Part shown: positions 36,893 through 46,261 of the stretch, in pieces | Layout: each line of letters opens with the position of its first letter | How positions within the stretch are numbered: position 1 is the first letter of the stretch | DNA from: Chloroflexota bacterium | GTDB taxonomy: Bacteria; Chloroflexota; Chloroflexia; QHBQ01 | Reading direction: 5' to 3' | Length of the DNA: 56,886 bases | NCBI GenBank assembly: GCA_043754535.1 | Contig: JAYUUN010000020.1 | Location: 1 to 56,886 of the forward strand | Program-made: the position numbers and the translations under genes | Notes under the pieces: model-generated | Databases searched by the model: none | The model's input: only the letters and a program-made list of their open reading frames with translations | Told to the model about the DNA's origin: nothing

Positions 36893-39202
36893 ATGCTGAC
36901 CGTCTCTACTGCACTTGCTAGCCTGATCGTGCCACACACGCTACCGCTTGCGCTGGGCCAGCCAGACGCACTGGCCGAAGTGCTGAAGCTGTTCAACGTG
37001 ATGCTCTCCTCGGTCAACTTCGTGGTGATCTTCTCGCTGCTGATCTACGTCCTCTTTCACAGTTGGCGCAACGTGGTGGCTCGTAGCTTTAGCTTGCTGA
37101 TCGCTACCCTGATGCCAGTGTACATCGCCATCATCATCCTGCTGATCCTGCCCGCCAGTTCGCTTAGTGAGGCTAGTTTCTGGCTGCACGTGCAGTGGTT
37201 GGGCATTGCCTTTGTGCCAGCCGCCTACCTACACTTCAGCAATGTACTATTGGAGACTACCAATGCTTTCTCCTTGCGGCGCAGGGTTGGAGTGCGCCTG
37301 GTTTGGCTGGCCTCACTTACCTTCTTTCTGATCGCTAGTTTCAGCAGCCTGGTGATCGAGCAGCCGACTGGCGGCGCACCTACGCGCTGCCTGATCAACA
37401 ACGGGGCGTGCTACAACAGTGGGCCAGTGTTCATTATCTTCTTCTTTTATGCTATAATCGTGATGGTCTGGGGTATCAGCAGCATCCTCCGAGCGCGCAA
37501 CCGTGCGCTAACTTCCTCTAGCCGCCGCCGCCTCAGCTACCTAACCATTGCTAGCACGGCACCCGGAGTGGCAATCTTCCCCTACCTGACCACTGTTGCT
37601 CTCGCCCCCTCCAACTTCCTACCTCGCACTCTCCTGTTCCTCACCCTGGTGGGCAATCTTGGCCTGGTCGTCCTCAGCGTGATGATGGCCTACAGCGTGG
37701 CCTTCAATGGCGTGCTGCTGCCAGAGCGGACGGTCAAGCACAGTCTCATCTACTATCTGCTGCGTGGCCCAGCGGTAGTGATCATCGTGATCGTCCTCGT
37801 CCTGCTCACCCCCCGCGTCGAGATCATTCTAGGTATCCCTTACACTACGGTGCTGATTTTCAGCGTCACCTTCAGCGTACTGGTCTGGCAGGCGATGATC
37901 AGCGTGGCCCACGGCTGGATCGACCGCCTGCTCTATCAGGGCGACGATGCAGACATCCGCCTGCTGCGTGAACTGGACAAATCGTTGCTGACCGAGGCCG
38001 ACCTGCGCTCGCTATTTGAGAACACCCTGGCCTCGCTTGCCGACCTGTTGCGGGCTGATCGTGGTTTCGTTGCCAGCTTGCTCAACGCACGAGGAGAGTA
38101 CGAACCGACGATCAGCGCAACGGTTGGTTGGGAGGGCGGCGCACAGTCGCGGGCGCAGGTGGAGGCCCAGGATCGCCTCTCGGTTGGCGGCAGCCACGCG
38201 CTTGGGGCCTTGAGCAACATCCCCGCTCAGGTGCGTTGGGCGGCACCCCGTCTGCTAGGGCGCAGCGGCCTCAGCCAACCAACAGTAGAGCTGCTGCAAC
38301 CCCTGCTCGAACCCTTCAGCCCGACCGCCCGCGTCAGCTTGCCAACCCTCGACCAGGCTGGGCAACAGATCAACGTCAATATCAACGTCAATGTCAGTCT
38401 GCGTCCGCCGCTAGACGAACGCTACATCCCGATTGACGGTGTGGTAGGTCTGCTGGAGAACGGCTACCTGCTGCTTCCGCTGCGCGACAAGCTGCGCGAA
38501 CAGGTGCTAGGGCTGATCGGCCTGCGCGTGGCCGGGGCGGGCTTGAGTATGACCGAGGCGGGTAGGAGGCTGGGCCTGGGCCTGGGCCTAAGCTATGAGG
38601 AGGAGGAGCGGGTGGGCCTCTACGTACGCCAGGCCGAAGTCGCGCTGGAAGATAGCCTGTTGCAGCGGCGGCTGTTCGCCACTCTACGCCAGATCAGCCC
38701 AGAGATTGCCGAGGTGCAGCGGTGGCGCAGCACCTTGCAGGAGCGGCAGCAGACCGCCCCCCTGCGGCAGCCCAATATCGCTAGCATTGTAGACGACAGC
38801 GCGATAGTGGACGATCCCGACTTCGCTCGCACTGTCAAGGACGCACTAGGCCATTATTGGGGTGGCCCGCGCCTGAGCGAGTCGCCACTGCTCAAGCTAA
38901 AGGCGGTACACGCCCTGCTACCCAGCAGCGACGAGGTGCCGAGCAAGGCACTGCGCGCCCTGCTTTCTGGGGCGATAGATGCCCTGCGCCCACCAGAGCC
39001 AGCTAGCAGTAGCGAACGTAACTCGCCCGCCTGGACAGTCTACAACATCCTCGACCTGCGCTATCGCAAGGGTGCCAGCGTACGTGAGGTGGCAGGCAAG
39101 TTGGCGATGAGCGAACCCGACTTCTACCGCAAGCAGAAGGCTGCCATCGCCGAGCTAGCCAAGAGCATCGCCCACCTGGAGCGTGAAGCCCTGCTCAAGT
39201 GA
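36893..39202 (+). CDS. Multi-pass membrane protein (HisKA_7TM-like N-terminus) with C-terminal HTH; putative one-component regulator
   Basis: ~9 TM helices with WLHVQWLGIAFVPAAYLHFS; cytoplasmic region; C-terminal YWGGPRL...YNILDLRY...SVREVAGKLAMSEPDFYRKQKAAI (HTH-like). No kinase H or N box. Confidence 0.75.
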   Translation: MLTVSTALASLIVPHTLPLALGQPDALAEVLKLFNVMLSSVNFVVIFSLLIYVLFHSWRNVVARSFSLLIATLMPVYIAIIILLILPASSLSEASFWLHVQWLGIAFVPAAYLHFSNVLLETTNAFSLRRRVGVRLVWLASLTFFLIASFSSLVIEQPTGGAPTRCLINNGACYNSGPVFIIFFFYAIIVMVWGISSILRARNRALTSSSRRRLSYLTIASTAPGVAIFPYLTTVALAPSNFLPRTLLFLTLVGNLGLVVLSVMMAYSVAFNGVLLPERTVKHSLIYYLLRGPAVVIIVIVLVLLTPRVEIILGIPYTTVLIFSVTFSVLVWQAMISVAHGWIDRLLYQGDDADIRLLRELDKSLLTEADLRSLFENTLASLADLLRADRGFVASLLNARGEYEPTISATVGWEGGAQSRAQVEAQDRLSVGGSHALGALSNIPAQVRWAAPRLLGRSGLSQPTVELLQPLLEPFSPTARVSLPTLDQAGQQINVNINVNVSLRPPLDERYIPIDGVVGLLENGYLLLPLRDKLREQVLGLIGLRVAGAGLSMTEAGRRLGLGLGLSYEEEERVGLYVRQAEVALEDSLLQRRLFATLRQISPEIAEVQRWRSTLQERQQTAPLRQPNIASIVDDSAIVDDPDFARTVKDALGHYWGGPRLSESPLLKLKAVHALLPSSDEVPSKALRALLSGAIDALRPPEPASSSERNSPAWTVYNILDLRYRKGASVREVAGKLAMSEPDFYRKQKAAIAELAKSIAHLEREALLK

Positions 39203-39318
39203 TTAGTGCGCTGCGTGCTGCCACAGTGAACAGGCACTCGCTGCCGCTGCAATGTTTGCCAGCGATGCTATAATAGAATGTAGGTGAGATGGCGGCTGTG
39301 CAATAGGAGGTCGTAGTT

Positions 39319-41085
39319 ATGGATGGTGCAGAGAGCAAGGCGCAGGGTACAGTAGAGCAGTTTCGGCAGGCGTTGGCTGCCGACCCTCGTGGCAAGGTGA
39401 TCGCCCGCAATGCCAGCGACGCGCAGCTCGCAGAACTTGCCCAACAGGCCCAGGTGATGGGCAAGTTCGACATTGGCAACATCAATGCCCAGGGTGGTAC
39501 TGCCCTGGTGGGCAACAACAACACCGTCAATAGCCTGACTAACTTTGTCCTGAGCCGGATCAAGCAGACGGCGGTGCAGCACGCCAGCCCACCAACCAGG
39601 GGCTTCCAGGGCCGCGACCAGGAACTCTCCCGCCTCGCTGTCTTGCTCGGCAGCAGTAACACGGTAAGCATCACTGGCCTGGCCGGGATCGGCAAGAGCG
39701 GCCTGGCTGCTCGCTACTACGAGGCCCAGCGTGACCGTTCGCCGTACCGTTGCTGGCGCGACCTCCGCCGCGACAAGTCTATCGCAGGTCTGGCCGCTGC
39801 TCTCGCTGCCCGTGTCGCCCTCTCCTTCGACCCCGATGAAATAACCAACCCCGACAACCAGGCCGCCTGGGTGGTGCAGACGATCTACGACTTGAACAGC
39901 AACACCCCAGCCGACATCAACTTCTTGCTGGTCTTCGACAACCTCGATACCGTGCTGGGTGACGATGGTGTGCCGCAGGAGCCGGGCTGGGGAACGCTGC
40001 TCACGTACGCCAACGACCTCGGTGACCACTGCCGCCTCTTGCTCACCAGCCGCGTAATCCCCCACGACGCGCAAGGCAGGCAGCTACCCAATCTCTATCG
40101 CATTCAAGGCCTGGATGCTCCAGCCTCGCGCAAGCTGCTGCTTGGCTACGTGCCAGCTGCTGATCCCGACCTCCTAGACAAGGCGGCCCAGCAGTCTAGC
40201 GGCCATCCGCAGGCATTGATGAGCCTCGGCAACCTGGCTGCCAGCTTCCCACTTGACTTCCTCCTCGCTCAGGAGCAACTTTGGCGTTCTGAACTACTCG
40301 ATCTGCTCTGGGGCAAGTTGGCCGCTGACAAGCAGGAGATGCTTAAGTACATCAGTCTGTTTGAGCAGCCAGTCAGCCCGGCTGATATTGCTGGCACGCT
40401 TGCTTGCTACGACCAGATCGGGCGTGGCGAAGGCACAGGCGGCAAGGCAGCCCCACGCGCTGGCTGGGACGAGTACACTATCACCCGCCTGGCTCTCAAC
40501 CTCAGTCGTCTGTCCTTGCTAGACCTCAGCGGCGGACGCTGCAATATAAGCATGATCGTGCGGGACTATGCCTCTGCGCTGGTAGCCGACCAGGATGCTT
40601 ACCACCGGGCTGCCACCATCTGGTTTGAGCGTAAGTACAGCCGCTCCCCCCATCAGAATCCCCCCACTGACCGGGCGGCTGTCCAACCGCTGCTTGATAG
40701 CTTCTACCATCTATGCTGCGCTACCAACTACGCCGCCGCTGACCATCTGCTGCACAGCCGCCCTCTCGCTTACACGAATGAGCAGCCTCTAACTCTTGCA
40801 GTGCTGCTCGCTCAGTGGCAGGAATATGCCGCCCTCGTCGCGCTGGCCGAACAATTGGCTGGCTGCAATAGCGATCTCCTACTACGGGCCAGAGCCTTGA
40901 CTACGCTCGGCACCGCCCACGCTGGCCTGGGTGGCTACAGCGAGGCCTTGAGCTATTATCGGCAGGCGTACGTCATATACAAAGATGCTGGGGACGATGA
41001 TTTGCTGACTGCTCTCAGTCGGTTGGCTCTAGCAGTGGAAAAGAAGCGTTATCGTACTTATACGCTGCCTCGTGACACTCCCTGA
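39319..41085 (+). CDS. NLR-like STAND NTPase (NB-ARC-type) with C-terminal TPR
   Basis: FQGRDQEL, ITGLAGIGKS (Walker A), LLVFDNLD (Walker B), LLLTSR, GHPQAL, TPR ARALTTLGTAHAGLGGYSEALSYYRQA; ATG after AGGAGG. Confidence 0.85.
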   Translation: MDGAESKAQGTVEQFRQALAADPRGKVIARNASDAQLAELAQQAQVMGKFDIGNINAQGGTALVGNNNTVNSLTNFVLSRIKQTAVQHASPPTRGFQGRDQELSRLAVLLGSSNTVSITGLAGIGKSGLAARYYEAQRDRSPYRCWRDLRRDKSIAGLAAALAARVALSFDPDEITNPDNQAAWVVQTIYDLNSNTPADINFLLVFDNLDTVLGDDGVPQEPGWGTLLTYANDLGDHCRLLLTSRVIPHDAQGRQLPNLYRIQGLDAPASRKLLLGYVPAADPDLLDKAAQQSSGHPQALMSLGNLAASFPLDFLLAQEQLWRSELLDLLWGKLAADKQEMLKYISLFEQPVSPADIAGTLACYDQIGRGEGTGGKAAPRAGWDEYTITRLALNLSRLSLLDLSGGRCNISMIVRDYASALVADQDAYHRAATIWFERKYSRSPHQNPPTDRAAVQPLLDSFYHLCCATNYAAADHLLHSRPLAYTNEQPLTLAVLLAQWQEYAALVALAEQLAGCNSDLLLRARALTTLGTAHAGLGGYSEALSYYRQAYVIYKDAGDDDLLTALSRLALAVEKKRYRTYTLPRDTP

Positions 41086-41126
41086 TAGCAAGCTGATAGC
41101 TTTTGATAGCTCCTGTTTCGTAGAAT
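41083..41126 (+). promoter_or_regulatory. Three TGATAGC direct repeats and a -10 (TAGAAT) upstream of the mevalonate operon
   Basis: TGATAGC at 41083, 41094 and 41104; TAGAAT at 41121. Confidence 0.55.
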
Positions 41127-41171
41127 AAAGGTAACGCAGTTCGTTAACTTTGTCACGAACAGGAGCGCACC

Positions 41172-42482
41172 ATGAGTGATGAGCAGCACACACACAACCC
41201 AGCGACGATCAGTTCTCGCATCCCCGGCTTCTACAACCTGACTGTTGAGCAGCGGCAACGCTGGTTGGCGATGGAGGCTGGTTTGCGAACCCAGGCTCAT
41301 GCCTTCGACAGTGGTGGCCTTGATCTGGCCCGCGCCGACAAGATGATCGAGAACGTAGTCGGCCTCTATGCTCTACCGCTGGGGGTCGCTCTCAACTTCC
41401 AGGTGAATGGGTGTGATTACCTGGTGCCGATGGTGATCGAGGAGCCGAGCGTGGTGGCGGGGGCGAGTTTCGCTGCCAGGCTGGCCCGCGACGGGGGCGG
41501 TTTTACTGCCGAGACCGACGAAGCCTTGATGATCGCTCAGGTGCAGGTAGTTGAGGTGCCAGACATGGCGGCGGCGATGGCGCGACTGAACGAGCGCAAG
41601 GCCGACCTGCTGGCGTTGGCTAACCAACAGGACGCTATCCTGGTCAGGCTAGGCGGTGGCGCACGCGACCTTGAGTGGCGTGAACTGGACACCCGTCTTG
41701 GCCCCATGCTGATCCTCCACTATATAGTAGACGTGCGCGACGCAATGGGCGCGAACGCCGTCAACACGATGGCCGAGAAGACCGCCCCGCTGATCGAAGA
41801 ACTGACTGGCGGGCGTGTCTACCTGCGTATCCTCAGCAACCTCGCTGACCGCCGCCTCGCCCGCGCTAGCTGCCGTGTGCCGCAAGCCAGCCTCGCTACC
41901 GATGGCTATAGCGGCGCAGAAGTAGTACGTGGTATCGCCCTCGCTTCTGCCTTCGCTGAAGCCGACCCTTACCGGGCTGCGACGCACAACAAAGGGGTGA
42001 TGAACGGCATTGACGCGGTAGTAATTGCCACTGGCAACGACTGGCGGGCAATCGAGGCGGGAGCGCACAGCTTTGCCGCTCGCTCTGGCCGCTATACCGC
42101 GCTCACCCGCTGGGACGCAGACGCGAACGGCGATCTTGTTGGTAGCATCGAACTGCCGCTGGCTGTCGGCCTCGTTGGTGGCGCGACGAAGGTACATCCA
42201 GGAGCGCAGGCGGCGGTCAAGATGCTGGGGGTGACGACTGCCCGCGAACTGGCGGCGGTAATCGCTAGTGTCGGCCTCGCCCAGAACCTTGCTGCAATCC
42301 GTGCATTGGCGACCGAGGGTATCCAGCGCGGCCACATGGCCCTGCACGCCCGCCAGGTAGCGGCGGCGGCGGGCGCGAACGGCGAACAGATTGAACAACT
42401 TGCGGCCAGAATGGTGAGTGAGAAGAATATCAAGGTGGATCGGGCAGCCGAAATCCTCAAGGAGTTGCGTGCAAATGGATAA
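41172..42482 (+). CDS. mvaA: HMG-CoA reductase, class II
   Basis: MIENVVG, PMVIEEPSVVA, DAMGANAVN, THNKGVMNG, EGIQRGHM. Confidence 0.96.
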   Translation: MSDEQHTHNPATISSRIPGFYNLTVEQRQRWLAMEAGLRTQAHAFDSGGLDLARADKMIENVVGLYALPLGVALNFQVNGCDYLVPMVIEEPSVVAGASFAARLARDGGGFTAETDEALMIAQVQVVEVPDMAAAMARLNERKADLLALANQQDAILVRLGGGARDLEWRELDTRLGPMLILHYIVDVRDAMGANAVNTMAEKTAPLIEELTGGRVYLRILSNLADRRLARASCRVPQASLATDGYSGAEVVRGIALASAFAEADPYRAATHNKGVMNGIDAVVIATGNDWRAIEAGAHSFAARSGRYTALTRWDADANGDLVGSIELPLAVGLVGGATKVHPGAQAAVKMLGVTTARELAAVIASVGLAQNLAAIRALATEGIQRGHMALHARQVAAAAGANGEQIEQLAARMVSEKNIKVDRAAEILKELRANG

Positions 42483-43533
42483 CACAGTTGGCATCACCGG
42501 CTACGGGGCGTATGTACCACGAATGCGGATCAAGACGAGCGACATTGCGGAGGAGTGGGGCGTGGAGGGCAATACGATCTCCAAAGGCTTGCTGCTGCAA
42601 GAAAAGAGCGTGCCAGCGGTTGACGAGGACACGATCACCCTCTCTGTCGAAGCGGCTACTTATGCCATCCAACGGGCGCAAGTGAGCCGCGCCGACGTGG
42701 GTGCGGTCTACATTGGGAGCGAAAGCCACCCCTACGCGGTTAAGCCCAGCGGCGTAGTCGTCGCCGAAGCCCTCGGCCTCTCGCGCCAAATCCACGTGGC
42801 CGACTACGAGTTTGCCTGCAATGCCGGGGCGCAGGCCATGTTCGTGGTCAGTGGCCTGGTGCGTGGTGGGGTGATCAAGAACGGCCTCGCTATCGGGGCC
42901 GACACCAGCCAGGGCGCACCGGGCGACGCGCTGGAATACTCGGCTTCTGCCGGAGCCGCCGCCTTCCTCTTTGGCACCAGCAACGTAATCGCCAGCCTCG
43001 ATGCCTTCTACTCCTACACCAGCGACACGCCCGACTTCTGGCGGCGGGAGGGGATGATGTACCCCCGCCACGCTGGCCGCTTTACCGGGGAACCAGCCTA
43101 CTTCAGCCATGTGAGCGCGGCGGCGAAGGGGATCATGGAGCAGAGTGGCACCCAGGCGGGCGACTTCAAGTACGTGATCTTCCACCAGCCGAACGGCAAG
43201 TTCCCCCTGAATGTGGGCAAAGCTCTCGGTTTCACAGAGGAGCAGATGCAGCCGGGCCGTCTCGCTCCCTGTATCGGCAATACCTACTCGGCAAGCTCGC
43301 CGCTCGGCCTAGCCGCCACCCTCGACATCGCTGACCCTGGCGACCGCATCCTGATGGTCAGCTATGGCAGCGGTGCAGGCAGTACCGCCTTCATCTTCAC
43401 CACCACCAGCCAATTGGCGGCCACGCGGGAGCGCGCCCCCTACGTCAGCCAGATCACAGACCCTAGCAACCGTCGCTACCTTGACTACGGCCAGTATGCC
43501 AAGACTCGCGGCAAGATCATGCTGGGCGCGTAG
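42475..43533 (+). CDS. mvaS: HMG-CoA synthase, archaeal type
   Basis: GSESHPYAVKPS, EFAC, DTPDFWRR, RFTGEPAYF, HQPNGKFP, GNTYS, SYGSGAGS; ATG 42475. Confidence 0.93.
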   Translation: MDNTVGITGYGAYVPRMRIKTSDIAEEWGVEGNTISKGLLLQEKSVPAVDEDTITLSVEAATYAIQRAQVSRADVGAVYIGSESHPYAVKPSGVVVAEALGLSRQIHVADYEFACNAGAQAMFVVSGLVRGGVIKNGLAIGADTSQGAPGDALEYSASAGAAAFLFGTSNVIASLDAFYSYTSDTPDFWRREGMMYPRHAGRFTGEPAYFSHVSAAAKGIMEQSGTQAGDFKYVIFHQPNGKFPLNVGKALGFTEEQMQPGRLAPCIGNTYSASSPLGLAATLDIADPGDRILMVSYGSGAGSTAFIFTTTSQLAATRERAPYVSQITDPSNRRYLDYGQYAKTRGKIMLGA

Positions 43534-43600
43534 TACCTACGCCGCTTGAGGTCGGGGGTGGGTCGGGTTGGGCTGGCTAGCAGACAAAAGGGTAGGCAAG

Positions 43601-44752
43601 ATGAGAGACGTGGCGGTGCTTGGTATTGGGCAGACGAAGTTTGGCGAACTGTGGGACAAGTCGCTGCGTGATCTTTTCGCCGAAGCCAGCTTGCAGGCGA
43701 TTGACGAAGCGAGCGTGCAGCCCCAGGCGATCTATGTGGCGAACGCTGGGGGTGGCTTGTACAACGGCCAGCAGCATCTCGGCGCACTGCTAGCTGACCA
43801 TATCGGCCTTAGCAGTCTGGAAGCGATCCGCATCGAGGCGGCGGATGCCAGCGGCGGGGTAGCCCTGCGGCAAGGCTGGGCGGCGGTCGCTGGCGGGTTG
43901 GCTGACTACGTACTGGTCACTGGTGTGGAGAAGATGACTGACCTTGAGAGCGACTATCAAGGCTACGTGCAAACCACCTTCACCGACCAGGATGTTGAGG
44001 GCTTCAGCGGCCTCAACCTGACCGCCCTCTACGCCCTGGTTGCCCACCAACACATGGCCGCATTCGGCACCACGCGGGAGCAGATCGCTGCTGCGACGGT
44101 GCAGGCGCACGCCCACGCCCGCAAGAACCCTCTCGCTCAGTTCAACAACGCAGTCAAGCTAGAGTCGGTGCTAAATGCCGCTGCCCTTGCCTCTCCGCTA
44201 CGGATGCTCGACGGTGCGCCAGCCTCAGACGGAGCGGCGGCGGTGCTGCTTGGGCCACTGGATGGGGCGCGGAAGGGGAGACTACCTCTGGTCAGGATCG
44301 CAGGCTCTGGGCAGGCGGGGGACGTGATCGCGCTGCACAACCGCCGCACTCTGACTGGCTTCCCGGCTGCCGAACGCGCCGCCGCCGCCGCCTACAAGCA
44401 GGCAGGGGTTAGCAGCAGCGACATCCAGGTGGCTGAAGTCCATGATGCTTACAGCATTGCTCTGCTGATCGCCCTCGAAGACCTCGGCTTTGTCGCTCGT
44501 GGACAGGCTGGGGCGGCGGTAGCGGAGGGGGTGGCAGGCATGGCAGGGCGCATCCCCACCAACCCCAGCGGCGGCCTGAAGGCGCAAGGCGCACCGCTCG
44601 GTGCCATCGGCGTGGCCCAGGCGGTGGAGATCGTGCGTCAACTGCGCGGCACCGCCAGCAATCAGGTGGCAAACGCTCGCCTGGGCCTCAGCCACAATGT
44701 CGGTGGGGTCGGTGGCACCGCCGTCGTCCACATCTTCAGCAAGGAGGATTAG
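43601..44752 (+). CDS. Archaeal/SCP2-type thiolase-fold protein with substituted catalytic residues
   Basis: GQTKFGELW, GVEKMTD, SDGAAA, NPSGGLKA and HNVGG identify the family, but the active-site motifs read EAADASG, EVHDAY and GAP. Confidence 0.9.
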   Translation: MRDVAVLGIGQTKFGELWDKSLRDLFAEASLQAIDEASVQPQAIYVANAGGGLYNGQQHLGALLADHIGLSSLEAIRIEAADASGGVALRQGWAAVAGGLADYVLVTGVEKMTDLESDYQGYVQTTFTDQDVEGFSGLNLTALYALVAHQHMAAFGTTREQIAAATVQAHAHARKNPLAQFNNAVKLESVLNAAALASPLRMLDGAPASDGAAAVLLGPLDGARKGRLPLVRIAGSGQAGDVIALHNRRTLTGFPAAERAAAAAYKQAGVSSSDIQVAEVHDAYSIALLIALEDLGFVARGQAGAAVAEGVAGMAGRIPTNPSGGLKAQGAPLGAIGVAQAVEIVRQLRGTASNQVANARLGLSHNVGGVGGTAVVHIFSKED

Positions 44753-44754
44753 TC

Positions 44755-45195
44755 ATGGGTTTGCCAACTGCTCCCACCCCTCCGCGCTACTGGCGCGGCA
44801 TTCCCCAACACTATCGGCTTGAGGCAGCAAGGTGCGTAGCCGCTGGCTGCAATGAGGTCAGCTTCCCGCCTCGCGCCGTCTGTGCTAGCTGTGGTGGTCG
44901 TGAGAGTGTAGTCTATCCACTGCCCCGTGAGGGGAAGCTACTTAGCTTCAGCGTGCTGCAAAGTGCGCCACCCGATTTCGCCCTTGACCCACCCTACGCT
45001 GTCGGCCTGATCGAACTGAGCGATGGCACCCGCCTGACCGCGCAAGTGACTGGCACCGACCTGGAGAACCTGCATGAGGGTATGGCAGTGCGCTATGCCT
45101 TCCGCAAGGTGCAGCAGGATGGTGAGGCCGGTACCCTCCTCTACGGCTACAAGTTCGTTCCCGCCAGGCTGCCAGAGCAGGGTGAGCGGCAATGA
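44755..45195 (+). CDS. DUF35 (Zn-ribbon + OB-fold) scaffold protein
   Basis: PRYWR, C-x4-C...FPPRAVCASC, PYAVGLIELSDG, YGYKFVP; directly follows the thiolase-fold gene. Confidence 0.92.
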   Translation: MGLPTAPTPPRYWRGIPQHYRLEAARCVAAGCNEVSFPPRAVCASCGGRESVVYPLPREGKLLSFSVLQSAPPDFALDPPYAVGLIELSDGTRLTAQVTGTDLENLHEGMAVRYAFRKVQQDGEAGTLLYGYKFVPARLPEQGERQ

Positions 45196-45262
45196 GCCAC
45201 GTGGTACTAAACAGGTATGGTAGGCTGCTAGCTCTCCAACTTAGCTCGCCAATGGCAAACAG

Positions 45263-46261
45263 GTGACCAACCAGCCCACATCTACCCGGCTGGCGACTAA
45301 AACTGGGCGAGGTACTGCCCCAGGCAAGGTGATCCTTTGTGGCGAACACGCCGTTGTCTATGGGCAGCCCGCCATTGCTGCGCCGGTCAATCTGGTGCAA
45401 GCCAGCGTGACAGTGCGGCCAGGGGTGCAGGGTAAGGGGCTGGTTGTGGTTAGTCACAACCTGGACGGCTTCAGCGCAGCGGATCGCCAGCGGATCGCCG
45501 AACGGCTGGCGCACGTCGCTGCCAACGTAGCAGAACTGCTCCCCTCCAGCCCCCTTGTGGGGAAGGACACGCGTGAGTCTGCTGACCTGCTGATCGAGAT
45601 CGACAGCAGCGTGCCAGTTGAGCGCGGTTTGGGTAGCGGGGCCGCTATTGGCGTGGCGATGATCCGCGCCTTTGCCTCCTACTTCAGCCTGCAACTAACC
45701 ACTGAGCAGGTGAGCGCACTGGCCTTCGAGACCGAGAAGCTGCACCACGGCACACCTAGCGGGATCGACAACACGGTGGTCGCGTACAACCAGCCAGTCT
45801 ACTTCGTGCGTGGGCAAGGGGTTGCATTGCTGAAGGTAGGTGCGCCGCTGCACCTGCTGATCGGTGATAGCGGCTCGCGGGGCAGCACGGCAACGGTGGT
45901 CGGCGACCTGCGCCAGCGGCACGCGGCAGCCCCCACGCACTACGATCCTATCTTGCAGCAGGTTGGCGACATAGCCCGTCAGTGTCGGGCTGCCCTAGAG
46001 GCTGGCGACGTTTCGGCGGTGGGCTGCCTGTTCGACCGTAACCATTTGTTGCTGCAAGAGCTTGACTTGAGCAACGGCAATCTGGATCGCCTGGTCGCTG
46101 CGGCGCGGCAAGCGGGGGCGTTGGGCGCGAAACTGAGCGGTGCTGGGCGCGGCGGCAATATGATCGCCCTGGTGCAGCCAGAGCGGGCAGCCACTGTGCA
46201 TGACGCGCTAGTGACGGCAGGCGCGGTGGCGGTGATTGGTACAGTGGTGGAGGCTACTTGA
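45263..46261 (+). CDS. mvk: Mevalonate kinase
   Basis: APGKVILCGEHAVVYG, PVERGLGSGAA, HGTPSGID, GAKLSGAGRGG; GTG start. Confidence 0.95.
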   Translation: MTNQPTSTRLATKTGRGTAPGKVILCGEHAVVYGQPAIAAPVNLVQASVTVRPGVQGKGLVVVSHNLDGFSAADRQRIAERLAHVAANVAELLPSSPLVGKDTRESADLLIEIDSSVPVERGLGSGAAIGVAMIRAFASYFSLQLTTEQVSALAFETEKLHHGTPSGIDNTVVAYNQPVYFVRGQGVALLKVGAPLHLLIGDSGSRGSTATVVGDLRQRHAAAPTHYDPILQQVGDIARQCRAALEAGDVSAVGCLFDRNHLLLQELDLSNGNLDRLVAAARQAGALGAKLSGAGRGGNMIALVQPERAATVHDALVTAGAVAVIGTVVEAT

